DNA of 64,000 nucleotides from an uncultured Rickettsiales bacterium. Its GTDB lineage: Bacteria; Margulisbacteria; Marinamargulisbacteria; GCA-2716485; CAZIFG01. How positions within the stretch are numbered: the stretch's first letter is position 1; every line of letters starts with the position of its first letter. Of the stretch, positions 40,851 to 51,182 are shown one piece after another. The position numbers were made by a program, and so were the translations under genes. The notes beneath the pieces are model-generated. The model was not told the origin of the DNA. It did no database searches and was given only the letters and a program-made list of their open reading frames with translations. The stretch is from contig CAZIFG010000002.1 of NCBI GenBank assembly GCA_964539135.1, forward strand, positions 55,938-119,937. Direction: 5' to 3'.

Positions 40851-41888
40851 ATGATAAAGGGGCGTCTCAATCTATGGATAATAGCAAGCATTGCGATCCT
40901 AATCGCATATAGAGGCGCCTCTGAAGCCAGCATTCAACAGGTACTGGTGCCTGTGATGAGTTATACAGAGTCAACAGGTCCTTTATATGGACTGAATTAT
41001 GTCCATGGCCTACCCCAACAGAATGCGACCCTTGTATTAACCGCAAAAACAGGCACCCGAAGTGGCGGCGGGGATATTAATTTTGAGCTTATCAACCTGC
41101 CCCTAACACCCACCTGGAACATGGGTTTATATGTCCAAGACAGTACGGTAGGGGAGTTTTATTTTGGGAAAGGCAATAATACCTCATACGCAAGTAAAGA
41201 AGAAATCTTAGTCAATCGAAATCGCATTTATCTGACCCTTTCCCGAAAATTCAAAGACAATTGGGTTACCCATCTGAATGTTTTATATGATAGGCGCGCT
41301 GAAATTAATGTCGGCGAAAGAGGCCCTCGATTTCAAGATCAAAATAGAACGCAGTTTAGGCTGGGGGTTGGAAAAGAAACCCGAAATCATGCGCTAAACC
41401 CCGATGCAGGAACATTTTATGAAGGAGCCATGCGTGTAAACCCTCGAGATTTTAACGATCTACATGAAAAAACAGCCGTATTGTTGGATTTAGACTGGCG
41501 CCAATTTAGACGGATACAAAAAGGTGTTTTTGCGTTAAGGGGGGCAACCTTATACAATTTAGACAAAGATCCATCTTATTTGAATAGTGGCGTTTTAGGG
41601 GGATCTATGATCATGCGCGGTAGTGGTGAAAATCGGTATATTGGCCGAGGCTATCAGGTCTTTCAAATGGAATATCGCTATCCCTTAACACGAAAAATAG
41701 AATGTGCGCCCTATGCAGAATTGGGGGGCGTCATGATTTCAGAGGAGATCATGCCTTCTGTTTGGCATGGGGCGTATGGATTGGGCGTAAATTACTATTT
41801 AGGCGATACGGGTACCAGTATGAGGTTGGAAATTGCGCGAGCAGACGCAGAAGGGCAGTATATTATTACCTTCAACCATGCATTTTAG
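40851..41888 (+). CDS. Omp85/BamA-TamA family beta-barrel without POTRA domains
   Basis: Signal peptide, GG...MRG....RY.G motif, YGLG..Y, C-terminal Phe. Confidence 0.7.
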   Translation: MIKGRLNLWIIASIAILIAYRGASEASIQQVLVPVMSYTESTGPLYGLNYVHGLPQQNATLVLTAKTGTRSGGGDINFELINLPLTPTWNMGLYVQDSTVGEFYFGKGNNTSYASKEEILVNRNRIYLTLSRKFKDNWVTHLNVLYDRRAEINVGERGPRFQDQNRTQFRLGVGKETRNHALNPDAGTFYEGAMRVNPRDFNDLHEKTAVLLDLDWRQFRRIQKGVFALRGATLYNLDKDPSYLNSGVLGGSMIMRGSGENRYIGRGYQVFQMEYRYPLTRKIECAPYAELGGVMISEEIMPSVWHGAYGLGVNYYLGDTGTSMRLEIARADAEGQYIITFNHAF

Positions 41889-41898
41889 AAAACGGCAC

Positions 41899-42180
41899 TT
41901 AAATCTGATTCAAATAATCCAAATTAATACCATTGTAAAGATTCGAAAATCCTTCAGATTCCAAGAACTGACAGGCCTGTCCAGAACGATTGCCAGATCT
42001 GCAATATAAAACCAAGGGGCCTTCCAAGTCCGAAAGTTCATCAAATCGAGAGGGAAACTCATCTAAAGGGATGTGTAGGGCATTGGGATAGGTCCCCGTG
42101 TCTTCAACTTCAGCATAGGTACGAACATCAATAACAGTCGCCCGATCTAAAATGGCTTTTGTAAGTGTTTGGTCTGTCAT
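41899..42180 (-). CDS. Single-domain rhodanese
   Basis: IDVRT..E, HIPL, LYCRSGNRS; start may be at 42204. Confidence 0.88.
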   Translation of the reverse strand: MTDQTLTKAILDRATVIDVRTYAEVEDTGTYPNALHIPLDEFPSRFDELSDLEGPLVLYCRSGNRSGQACQFLESEGFSNLYNGINLDYLNQI

Positions 42181-42240
42181 GGCCTGAAGTATAGCCCAGA
42201 GCATAGAAAAAAATCAACGGTCCCACGGTAAGTAGATCTT

Positions 42241-42382
42241 GGGGCTGTTGCGAAATGCCTACGTTTGGATCAGCTGAAAGGCATTCCGAGTCTGAAAGCT
42301 CGGAGTTTATGCGTAATAAATGAGGACTTGAGGACGAGGATACCACAGCAGATAGCCAAAATAGGTGTTTCGCAACAGTTCC
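42241..42382 (+). mobile_element. MITE copy 3 (142 bp), TSD ATCTT
   Basis: Same TIRs; ATCTT on both flanks. Confidence 0.9.
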
Positions 42383-42423
42383 ATCTTGGTAAGAATGCCA
42401 TTTAGCCGTATAATAAGATCAAG

Positions 42424-43719
42424 ATGATAAAAAATGCTGAGCCTTTTATTACCTATATCCATCACATAACGGCGAATCCTATAAAACTGGTGCCCGAACT
42501 AACGGTTCTTGTAATAGGGGCCTTACTTTCTTATCTTTTGGTATGGAAATTGCGTGCCAGCTTTCAAGCGGCATCTACAAGCACAAAAGGTCACTTTAAA
42601 TCGGCCTTATATGCCCTTTTAGGCAGTCGATTGTCTCCCCTGTTGGGATATGGCCTGATGCTACTTTGCATTTTATTAGGGGAGTATATCTTTAAGTTTT
42701 TGGATTATAAAATCACAGGGCTCAATCTTGCCTTTCAAATTATCGTGAGCATCATTGTGGGTAAAGCCATTTCCTTGATTTCAAGAAAACCACGCTTAGG
42801 GCTTTTAGTGGGTGTTTCTGTTGCCTTTTTTTCCATCTTAGATCAAATCAATCCTTTAAACGGGGTCTTTCAATTTTTAGACAGTTTTGGTTTTGTAATG
42901 GGAGGCACCCGTTTTTCTATTTTTTCAATCTCCAAAGATCTCTTGAAAATATTTTTTGTCATTTGGGTGAGCGTCAAAATTTCAGCCAGTATTCAGGAAT
43001 CCATTAAATCCGCCAAAAAAATTAGAGTGAGTTCTAAAGAGTTGATCATGAAGCTCAGCGACATTGCCCTCTATACGATTGCCTTTTTAATTGTATTAAA
43101 GATTTTAGGCATTAATATCACCGCCCTGGCTGTAGTGGGTGGGGGGATCAGTGTGGGCATTGGGTTTGGCTTGCAAAAGATATCGTCTAATTTTATCAGT
43201 GGGATGATTTTGGTCTACGAAAAGTCCATTGAAATTGGAGACTTATTAGAGCTAGATGCCACAATGATTGGGTGGGTTCGAAAATTAGGCGCGAGGTATA
43301 CCCTGATTGAAACCTTTGACGGTCGAGAAGTGATGGTTCCCAATGAAGATTTTATGACCAATCGGGTCACGAGTTGGACCTTTTCAAACAACAGTGCGCG
43401 AATTGAAGTGATGGTACCTGTGGCCTATGGGACCAATTTAGACACGGTGATTGAGATTCTCATGGCCGCAGCAAAAAGCCATCCTGAGGTTATGGAGGAT
43501 CCTGCGCCAGGCTGTTATTTACGCGAATTTGGGGATAGTTCTGTAAAATTTCAGCTCTATTTCTTCATCAAAGACATTCATTATGGGCGCATACAAGCGC
43601 AAAGCGACGTGATGATGGCCATTTGGAAGGGATTTGAAAAAAACGGGATTATTATCCCCTTTCCCCAACAGGACGTTCATCTAAAAGAACTCCCGGCTGT
43701 AAAGTCATCTAAAAAATAA
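42424..43719 (+). CDS. Small-conductance mechanosensitive channel (MscS family)
   Basis: GIGFGLQ.I.SNFISG, GD.L, VPN..F.T..V.SW, VAYGT and I.IPFPQQDVH motifs. Confidence 0.93.
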   Translation: MIKNAEPFITYIHHITANPIKLVPELTVLVIGALLSYLLVWKLRASFQAASTSTKGHFKSALYALLGSRLSPLLGYGLMLLCILLGEYIFKFLDYKITGLNLAFQIIVSIIVGKAISLISRKPRLGLLVGVSVAFFSILDQINPLNGVFQFLDSFGFVMGGTRFSIFSISKDLLKIFFVIWVSVKISASIQESIKSAKKIRVSSKELIMKLSDIALYTIAFLIVLKILGINITALAVVGGGISVGIGFGLQKISSNFISGMILVYEKSIEIGDLLELDATMIGWVRKLGARYTLIETFDGREVMVPNEDFMTNRVTSWTFSNNSARIEVMVPVAYGTNLDTVIEILMAAAKSHPEVMEDPAPGCYLREFGDSSVKFQLYFFIKDIHYGRIQAQSDVMMAIWKGFEKNGIIIPFPQQDVHLKELPAVKSSKK

Positions 43720-43720
43720 G

Positions 43721-44587
43721 ATGGAATGGGTAAAACTGAATCTGAATAGGACTGAAGATTTAATTTGGCTTCGGGAAAAATCAGAAATAGAGCCCTTGAT
43801 GGTGAAGGCGCTGATCGACCAACACGCACGGCCCCGGTGTACGCTAACAGATCATGGGGTATTGTTAATTTTTAGAGGCGTGAACCTCTTTAAAGAAGAG
43901 GGGAATCATGAATTAACCTCTATTCGACTCTGGTGCACAGAAAATCGAATCGTATCGGCACAAAACTACAGTTTAAATTCGGTGAATGTATTATTTAAAC
44001 TCTATGAGTCTGGGAAGGCGCCCTCAGAGGTGGATGAATTTATCATGGCCCTATTAAATGAGCTGATCGCGAAGGTTCGAGATAAAGTACATACTTACGA
44101 TGATTATGTGGATCAATTGGAAATTAAAATGATTGATCCCAAACTGGGATTTTCAGAACGTGAAATTTCGCAGACACGACTGATCTTGTTAGAGTTAAAA
44201 CGATATATTCTGCCCATGAAAGATGTGTTGATCGAGATGAGCAGTTTAGAGCTATTTCAGGATAAGTCTCATCATATCCATCTGAAAGAGTTAAGTAATG
44301 AAATTCAAAAATGTATTGATGGGTTGGAAAGCATGAAAGAGCAGTTGGTGGTCATGCAAGATGAAAGCAGTAAAATGCTTGCCACAAAAATGAACATGCA
44401 GCTATATAACTTATCCAAAGTGTCGATTGTGTTTTTACCCATTGGATTTGTAACGGGTCTTTTGGGCATGAACCTCAATGGCATTCCGTATAGTGACTCG
44501 CCCTACGCATTTTTAGTGGTTTGTGTGGTCCTGATTGCGGTAGGCTTAGCCATTGCCATTAGTTTTAAAAAAAATTGGTTGAACTAG
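43721..44587 (+). CDS. CorA/ZntB family metal transporter
   Basis: RPR and RGVN motifs, FLP.GFVTGLLGMN (GMN signature). Confidence 0.88.
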   Translation: MEWVKLNLNRTEDLIWLREKSEIEPLMVKALIDQHARPRCTLTDHGVLLIFRGVNLFKEEGNHELTSIRLWCTENRIVSAQNYSLNSVNVLFKLYESGKAPSEVDEFIMALLNELIAKVRDKVHTYDDYVDQLEIKMIDPKLGFSEREISQTRLILLELKRYILPMKDVLIEMSSLELFQDKSHHIHLKELSNEIQKCIDGLESMKEQLVVMQDESSKMLATKMNMQLYNLSKVSIVFLPIGFVTGLLGMNLNGIPYSDSPYAFLVVCVVLIAVGLAIAISFKKNWLN

Positions 44588-44596
44588 GGGCTTAAA

Positions 44597-45079
44597 ATGG
44601 CTAAAAAGACAGAAAAACGCTATGAGATGGGCTGGAAAGAATGGGCTGCTTTGCCAGAATTAGGCGTACCTGCCCTCAAAGTCAAGATAGATACAGGGGC
44701 AAGAACCTCGGCCTTACAGGCCAGCAATATTCGATATGTGACCGAAAATGACGTCCCTTATGTGCTCTTTGAATGCCATCCTATTCGTCGAAGTAAAACA
44801 ATTGTGGTAACATGCAAGGCACCGCTTTTGGAGCGGCGTCATGTCAAAAATTCAGGGGGCACAAAAGAAAGACGCCCTGTCATCAAGACCCATATTCAAA
44901 TTGGAGCTTACAGTGGCGACATTGAAGTCACGCTGACAGATCGTAAAAAAATGAAAATGAGGATGCTGGTAGGACGGCAAGCCCTCAAAAATAAATGTAT
45001 CGTAAATCCAGGAAAGGCTTTTATAACAGGTAAAAAGACAATAGAATGGGTAAAAAAGCAGTATGAAGAGGTTGTATGA
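44597..45079 (+). CDS. RimK-associated retropepsin-like 'ATP-dependent zinc protease'
   Basis: [31 protein letters not shown]; directly upstream of rimK. Confidence 0.9.
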   Translation: MAKKTEKRYEMGWKEWAALPELGVPALKVKIDTGARTSALQASNIRYVTENDVPYVLFECHPIRRSKTIVVTCKAPLLERRHVKNSGGTKERRPVIKTHIQIGAYSGDIEVTLTDRKKMKMRMLVGRQALKNKCIVNPGKAFITGKKTIEWVKKQYEEVV

Positions 45080-45951
45080 AAATTGTTCTCCTAGCCAGTA
45101 ATCCAGAGTTATATTCCAATAAGCGCATTATGGAAGCCGGGCGGGCCCGTGGTCATCACATGATGTTTGTGAATATTAAATACTGTTACATGAATGTTAC
45201 GTATCCTCATCCCCAGTTGTACTATAAAGGCAATTTATTAGACGATGTAGAGGCTGTGATTCCTCGCATCAAGCCGGCCATGACTTTTTATGGAACGGCG
45301 GTTGCGCGTCAGTTCGAAATGATGGAAATTTATACTCTAAATAAGGCCATTGCCATTTCAAGGTCACGTGATAAATTACGATCCTTGCAGCTCTTATCCA
45401 AAAAAGGCGTTCCCATGCCCAATACCGGATTTGCTCATTCGCCCACCGATACAAATGCGCTGATTAAAATGGTAGGCGGCGCCCCTCTGATTGTGAAGCT
45501 TTTGGAGGGGACCCAAGGCAAAGGCGTTGTTCTGGCAGAAACCAATAAAGCGGCAGAAAGTGTCATCAATGCCTTTAAAAGCATCAAGGCCAATATTTTA
45601 GTCCAAGAGTTTATTAAAGAGGCGGGGGGCGAAGACATTCGCTGTTTTGTAATTGGCGGAAAAGTGGTGGCTGGCATGAAACGCATCGCCAAAAATGGAG
45701 ATTTTAGATCCAATATTCATTTAGGCGGAATTCCAGAAGCCGTCAAGTTAACACCAGATGTTATTAAGATTGCAGAAAATGCGGCGAAAGCCATGGATTT
45801 GGAAGTGGCAGGCGTGGACATTATGATTTCTAAAAAAGGGCCAAAAGTACTGGAAGTGAACAGTTCTCCTGGATTAGAAGGCATTGAATCTGTCACAGGC
45901 CTTAATATTGCAGACATGATGATTGCCCATCTTGAAACCCATATTAAATAA
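45076..45951 (+). CDS. rimK: Ribosomal protein S6 L-glutamate ligase RimK
   Basis: [40 protein letters not shown] and [12 protein letters not shown] motifs. Confidence 0.95.
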   Translation: MKIVLLASNPELYSNKRIMEAGRARGHHMMFVNIKYCYMNVTYPHPQLYYKGNLLDDVEAVIPRIKPAMTFYGTAVARQFEMMEIYTLNKAIAISRSRDKLRSLQLLSKKGVPMPNTGFAHSPTDTNALIKMVGGAPLIVKLLEGTQGKGVVLAETNKAAESVINAFKSIKANILVQEFIKEAGGEDIRCFVIGGKVVAGMKRIAKNGDFRSNIHLGGIPEAVKLTPDVIKIAENAAKAMDLEVAGVDIMISKKGPKVLEVNSSPGLEGIESVTGLNIADMMIAHLETHIK

Positions 45952-46033
45952 ATTGTAAAAAAAGTTTACAAAAAAATCACAAAAGAATATATTTTATATA
46001 TTTGGTTAATTATTTAATAAAAAGGTTATAAAG

Positions 46034-46972
46034 ATGAAAAAAATAATATCTAGAACTCTATTAGAGGAAACAAGAAATCCAGACTTAAAAAAAAGACTCT
46101 TAAATAGAAAGAGGCTAAGCGATTTGGGGATGTTCATAAAAGAGGCTTCCCATTCGGAAGCTCAGGATAATGGGTTTAAAGCCTTAGCAAATCTGGCGTT
46201 AAATGAACCCTTGGTTAGAAAGCATATCAATCTAGAGAACATAAAACCGATGCTAATAGAATGGCTTAAAGATACAGCGCATTTAGAGCGACAAGTCACA
46301 GCCGCGGTGACGTGTTTAGCCTTACAAATCATGGGAGACGTTACGACAGAAGTAGCCTACGCTATACCGGCTCTCCTACATGCGGTAAAAGAAAGTTCCG
46401 ATCCACGTGTAAGAGGCAGTGCCTCCTGGGTCCTTTTAGAGCGTGCCGAGCGGTCAAAGTTGGCAAGAAAGCAGATTGTGGGGGAATTAAAGAACATCAT
46501 GCCTTCAATAGAAGGCTCAGATCCAAAGATGCAAGAATTATGGATTTGTATCATGGATGTTTTATCTACAGAGAGTAGCTATTGTCAAAAAATAGTAGAC
46601 GCAAGCGCAGTTCCTTTTTTGGTGAAAAGGATTCAGGAGAGTTCTGAGGATAAAGTCGCGATCAGTGCGGCAAGAGCCATTTGGAATCTATCCAGAAATC
46701 CAGACCTTCAAATGGGCTTGATAAAAGCAAAGGGGCATAGCGCCATTTCAGCGTTAATTAATAGATTAGATTCAAAAGAAGAGGATGCCAGTTTAAAAGC
46801 AGGCTTTGTAGCCGATAATATTTTTGATATTTATAGCCAGGACCAAGCGAAATTGAGTCAATTTTATAGATCATTCGATCAGGACACGTTTGGAATGAAC
46901 GTTGCGTGGGAGATTCGGAATTTTAGAGACACTTCCCCCCTAACAAAAGGGAAAGAGAAAAGAGGGAAGTAG
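46034..46972 (+). CDS. Armadillo-repeat protein (eukaryote-like orphan)
   Basis: IVDASAVPFLV...AARAIWNLSRN and ALANLALN match the ARM consensus. Confidence 0.65.
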   Translation: MKKIISRTLLEETRNPDLKKRLLNRKRLSDLGMFIKEASHSEAQDNGFKALANLALNEPLVRKHINLENIKPMLIEWLKDTAHLERQVTAAVTCLALQIMGDVTTEVAYAIPALLHAVKESSDPRVRGSASWVLLERAERSKLARKQIVGELKNIMPSIEGSDPKMQELWICIMDVLSTESSYCQKIVDASAVPFLVKRIQESSEDKVAISAARAIWNLSRNPDLQMGLIKAKGHSAISALINRLDSKEEDASLKAGFVADNIFDIYSQDQAKLSQFYRSFDQDTFGMNVAWEIRNFRDTSPLTKGKEKRGK

Positions 46973-46973
46973 T

Positions 46974-48496
46974 TTATCGAATATAAACTTCAAAATTGGA
47001 AATTCCCCTAGCTTCATTCTCAGAATTTTCGTTAAGGTTAGAGGACAACCCAATGGTAAGTGTGCTGCCAACAGAAGGCAATACAAGGTCCACATTTTCA
47101 ATATAATCTCCTTGCCACCGATTAGAGTAAGGAGACAGTGTGATTTGGTGATACATTCGGGTTTGTTGATACACAGTACCTGAATTAAGGGTAATAAAAA
47201 TTTCTTCGGCATCCCAAGATTCTAGCAAATGAAGCTTGAAGGACACTTTAATTTGAGTATGTGAGGGAATACCCGTGATGGTTCTAGAGGCCGTAGCACC
47301 ATTTCCAAACCCACTTTTTGTCCATGTTGAAGTTGAAGAATTCCATGCCCCTCTTCCGCCCAGCATATAAGCAGGGGAGAGTAATGGCGAACCGCTATTG
47401 GCGGAATCTTGAATTGGAATTTGTTGAAAGAGGGGAGCTCCAGAGTTATTTGCGCCAGAAGCCGTCCAATTATCCAGACTACCAGCGCCATTCCCTGTGT
47501 CATCGGCAAAATCATCCGAAACAAAGAGCTCCCATTGAGAGACAGTGTTAAGATTAAAATTATTGGTGATGACAAGTCCTTGTACGTTCATAGTCTCCAC
47601 AATATCTAGTTTTTGGGTGGGAGAGTTGGTACCAATGCCTACTTTTCCTGTACTATCAATATAGAGATCAGATCTCGCGGTACCAATGGGATTGGCATAT
47701 TGTGTTGTAAGTTTAACAAAGCCACTTTTGGCGGTAACTTGAAGTCCCCCGCCTTTATTAACCAGATTAAAATAGTCGGAAGAATCCACAAAAAGATTAT
47801 ATCGTTGAGGATCAGAGCCATCTTGTCGCTCAAAGGAAAATTGAGGATTTCCAGCATTATAAAATAAGAAAAGAGAACTCTGATAATTTTGAGTGACAAA
47901 GGTACTAATCCCAGCTAGAGAAGGGGGCGTAATGTCTGTAAGCATAGAGCCATTGCCATAAAAGGTGTTAGCACTCACGGTGCCTGCAACGTCCAAGGTT
48001 TCAGTTGGGGCGCTTGTACCAATGCCCACTTTGCCATTCCCTTGAAGTCTCATCAGTTCCTGAGTCCCCCAAAAAAATTAGTGAGAGAAGCTGGCGGAGT
48101 TGGTAGGAATCGCATACCAAAGCGTATTGGAATCAATACCAAGGACATAGTCTGCAGACGCAGCAGCAAGACTATCATACACTAAAAATTTAGTCCCTAG
48201 ACTTCGCGTCAGAGTGGAAGGCGGGGCAATGCCGGATGTGTTAAAAAAAACATATTAGAATCGGTATTATTTAAAAAAAGGCCGCACTCAGATTGCCCCC
48301 CTAGTTCTAGATAGTTATTGCCCGATTTAAGAAAAGTAGCAGGGGAACAGGCAATAGAGGTGCAAAAAAAACACAAAAAAGTGAAGACAGTAAATAAGAA
48401 AATATAAGATCTGTTATAAAATAAAGAAGAAAACATGATATCTAAAATAATAAACAAAATATTTGAATATACAAGTATACGTTGAATAATCCCCAT
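46974..48496 (-). pseudogene. Fifth fibre/adhesin paralog, disrupted by a frameshift (T8 tract, 48243-48250) and an in-frame TAA (48078-48080)
   Basis: Reading across gives ..TRSLGTKFLVYD..DYVLGID..LWYAIP..SH*FFWGTQELMRLQGNGKVGIGT; C-terminal LESWDAE..GISNFEVYIR; true start may be 48436. Confidence 0.8.
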
Positions 48497-48513
48497 GCTA
48501 AAATAACCCCATC

Positions 48514-50703
48514 ATGGCATTAAACACAGAACAGCAAGAGGCCGTTGCGCATTTTGGAACGCCTCTTCTCATTATCGCTGGCGCAGGATCCGGAAAAACA
48601 ACCGTATTGACGCATAAAATGGTCTATTTAATTGAGGCCCTAGGATTCCCGGCGCCATCTATTTTAGCGATTACGTTTACCAATAAAGCAGCTAAAGAGA
48701 TGAACGAACGCGTCCATAACTTGCTCAAAGAAAAGGGCATTCATGAGACGCCGTATATTTCAACCTTTCATGCCTTTTGTGGTGATGTTTTGCGTCATTT
48801 TTTCAACAAAATTGGCGGCTCTAACGATTTTATTATTTTTGATGCCTACGATCAAAATAAACTCATGAAGCAAATTCTAAAAGAGTGCAATTTAGACGAT
48901 AAAAAATATCCGCCGGCAAAGCTCTTGGGCCAAATTGAAGGACTTAAAAATAAACTGATCGGCTTTAAAACCTACAGTGCTCAAGGCGAATCCGATGAGA
49001 TTTTAGCCAAAGTTTATACCTTATACCAACAGCGATTATGGCAAAATAAAGCCGTCGATTTTGGGGATATGCTCTTTTGGGCCAATGTGATTTTTCAACA
49101 TTGCCCCGACGTGTTGTCCTACTATCAAAATCGCTTTCATTATGTGATGGTGGATGAGTATCAAGATACCAACCATTCTCAGTATATGTTGATCAAGCAG
49201 ATGACAGCACAGCATCACAACTTATGCGTCGTGGGCGATTTTGATCAGAATATTTATTCTTGGAGGGGGGCCAATATTCAGAATATTTTAAGATTTGAAA
49301 AAGATTTTAAAGACGCCTCTGTCATTAAATTGGAAGAAAACTATAGGTCCACAGGTAATATTTTGAAAGTGGCCAATCATATCATTCAATTCAATAAAAA
49401 CAGACGGGATAAAAATTTATGGACGCGCGAAGCAGAAGGAAAGCCCGTTCTTTGGCTGGAATGTCAAAATGAATACGAAGAAGGGGCGCATATTTTAGCC
49501 GAAATCAAAGCACATGCCAGTGCCGGTATTCCCTATAAAAACCACGTTATTTTGTTTCGACTCAACGCCCTATCCAGAAGCATTGAAGACAGGCTCACCA
49601 AAGAGGGCATTCCTTATCAACTTATTGGAGCCACCCGATTTTTTGATCGTAAAGAAATTAAAGATATTTTGGGCTATTTGAGGGTCGTTCATAATCCCCA
49701 TGATAATTTATCCTTTGCCCGCATTGCCAATGTCCCAACACGGGGCATCAGTCAGGCAACCGTAGAAACCCTGATGGCAAGAGCCTCAAAAGAAGAAAAA
49801 TCCATTTACGACTTATGTAAGGAACCCATCCCCGAGCTGGGCACCCGAGCCATTGGCGCGTTATCTCAATTTTGGGCCTTAATAGAGGGGCTTAGACAAG
49901 AGGCTCAGTCTCAAACGCAAGACATCGTGGCCCACATGATTAAAGCCATCTATCAAAATAGTGGCTACAGACAGATGTTAGAAGCGGAGGAGTCTTTGCA
50001 ATCCCAAGACCGAATGGAGAATATTCAAGAGCTCATGTCCTCCGCCCGGGAAGAAGAACTTTCTTTAGGTGAATTTTTAAACAAAATGACCTTAAGTACA
50101 GACATGGACAGTAAAAACACAGACGAAGATACCGTGCTACTGATGAGCATGCACAGCGCCAAGGGACTCGAGTTTGATTACGTCTATATTATAGGGCTCG
50201 AAGAAGGTATTTTACCGCATTACAGAGCTTTTAACAGTCAAGACGAATTGGAAGAAGAGCGGCGCTTGGCCTACGTAGGCATTACCAGAGGCAAAAAAGA
50301 AGTGACATTATCGTCTTGCCGAACCCGGACTTTTTTTGGCGATTTAAAATCTCAAATCGCATCCCGATTTTACGAAGAATTACCCAAAGAAAACATAGAA
50401 GAGCGGCAGTCCCCTTCGCTGAGAACAACATCCACGTGGAAAGGAAGCGGGGCAAGTACGGGGATTTCTATTAAGGACATGGGGCGAAGTAGTACACCAC
50501 CCCCCGCAGCCGAAAGCAGTGCTGAAAAAAGTTTATTTAAGCAGGGTATGCAAGTGACTCATGCGGCATGGGGCGTGGGAACCATTGTACGCATGGATGG
50601 CGTGGGGGAAAATGCCATTTTACACATCGCCTTCCGAGGAAGTGTTAAAAAACTCATCGCCAAATACGCCCCTGTTGTACCTGTTAGTGTAGAAACAGTT
50701 TAA
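48514..50703 (+). CDS. pcrA: ATP-dependent DNA helicase PcrA/UvrD
   Basis: AGAGSGKT, ITFTNKAA, VDEYQDTN, VGDFDQNIY.WRGA, H.AKGLEF, EEERRLAYV.ITR; C-terminal Tudor-like domain. Confidence 0.95.
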   Translation: MALNTEQQEAVAHFGTPLLIIAGAGSGKTTVLTHKMVYLIEALGFPAPSILAITFTNKAAKEMNERVHNLLKEKGIHETPYISTFHAFCGDVLRHFFNKIGGSNDFIIFDAYDQNKLMKQILKECNLDDKKYPPAKLLGQIEGLKNKLIGFKTYSAQGESDEILAKVYTLYQQRLWQNKAVDFGDMLFWANVIFQHCPDVLSYYQNRFHYVMVDEYQDTNHSQYMLIKQMTAQHHNLCVVGDFDQNIYSWRGANIQNILRFEKDFKDASVIKLEENYRSTGNILKVANHIIQFNKNRRDKNLWTREAEGKPVLWLECQNEYEEGAHILAEIKAHASAGIPYKNHVILFRLNALSRSIEDRLTKEGIPYQLIGATRFFDRKEIKDILGYLRVVHNPHDNLSFARIANVPTRGISQATVETLMARASKEEKSIYDLCKEPIPELGTRAIGALSQFWALIEGLRQEAQSQTQDIVAHMIKAIYQNSGYRQMLEAEESLQSQDRMENIQELMSSAREEELSLGEFLNKMTLSTDMDSKNTDEDTVLLMSMHSAKGLEFDYVYIIGLEEGILPHYRAFNSQDELEEERRLAYVGITRGKKEVTLSSCRTRTFFGDLKSQIASRFYEELPKENIEERQSPSLRTTSTWKGSGASTGISIKDMGRSSTPPPAAESSAEKSLFKQGMQVTHAAWGVGTIVRMDGVGENAILHIAFRGSVKKLIAKYAPVVPVSVETV

Positions 50704-50714
50704 GGGAGAAAAAA

Positions 50715-50930
50715 ATGGCCGAAATCTATAAAAAAGGCATGGAATTGAGTCATAAGGACACTAAAGCCAAAATTTTGTTTGGAAAATGGAATGAAGACGG
50801 AACGGCACTGTGTTTAACCAAAAGTAAGCAGTTTGTGACCCTATCGAAAGCCGATTTAGAAACAAATTATGTGAACCTCAAACTGCTGAATAAACAGGCA
50901 AGAGAAAAAAGACGCGGTCAAGCCTGGTAG
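50715..50930 (+). CDS. Hypothetical protein (71 aa)
   Basis: GGAG RBS; appears co-transcribed with pcrA. Confidence 0.55.
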   Translation: MAEIYKKGMELSHKDTKAKILFGKWNEDGTALCLTKSKQFVTLSKADLETNYVNLKLLNKQAREKRRGQAW

Positions 50931-51024
50931 AAAAAAGTCCCTATTAAACATTTACAAATGGGCAAAGAAAAGATACAATGATCAGCTCGTCTTTCTTTAG
51001 AAATTCGAGCTTTTTAACGACAAT

Positions 51025-51166
51025 GGGGCTGTTGCGAAATGCCTACGTTTGGATCATATGCAAGGCATTCCGAGACCGAAAGCCCAGAGTTTATATGTAA
51101 TAAATGAGGACTTGAGGACAAGGATAACACAGCAGATGGCCAAAATAGGCATTTCGCAACAGACCC
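51025..51166 (+). mobile_element. MITE copy 4 (142 bp), TSD ACAAT
   Basis: Same TIRs; ACAAT on both flanks; ends immediately before the typA RBS. Confidence 0.9.
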
Positions 51167-51182
51167 ACAATAGGAGAGAAAG

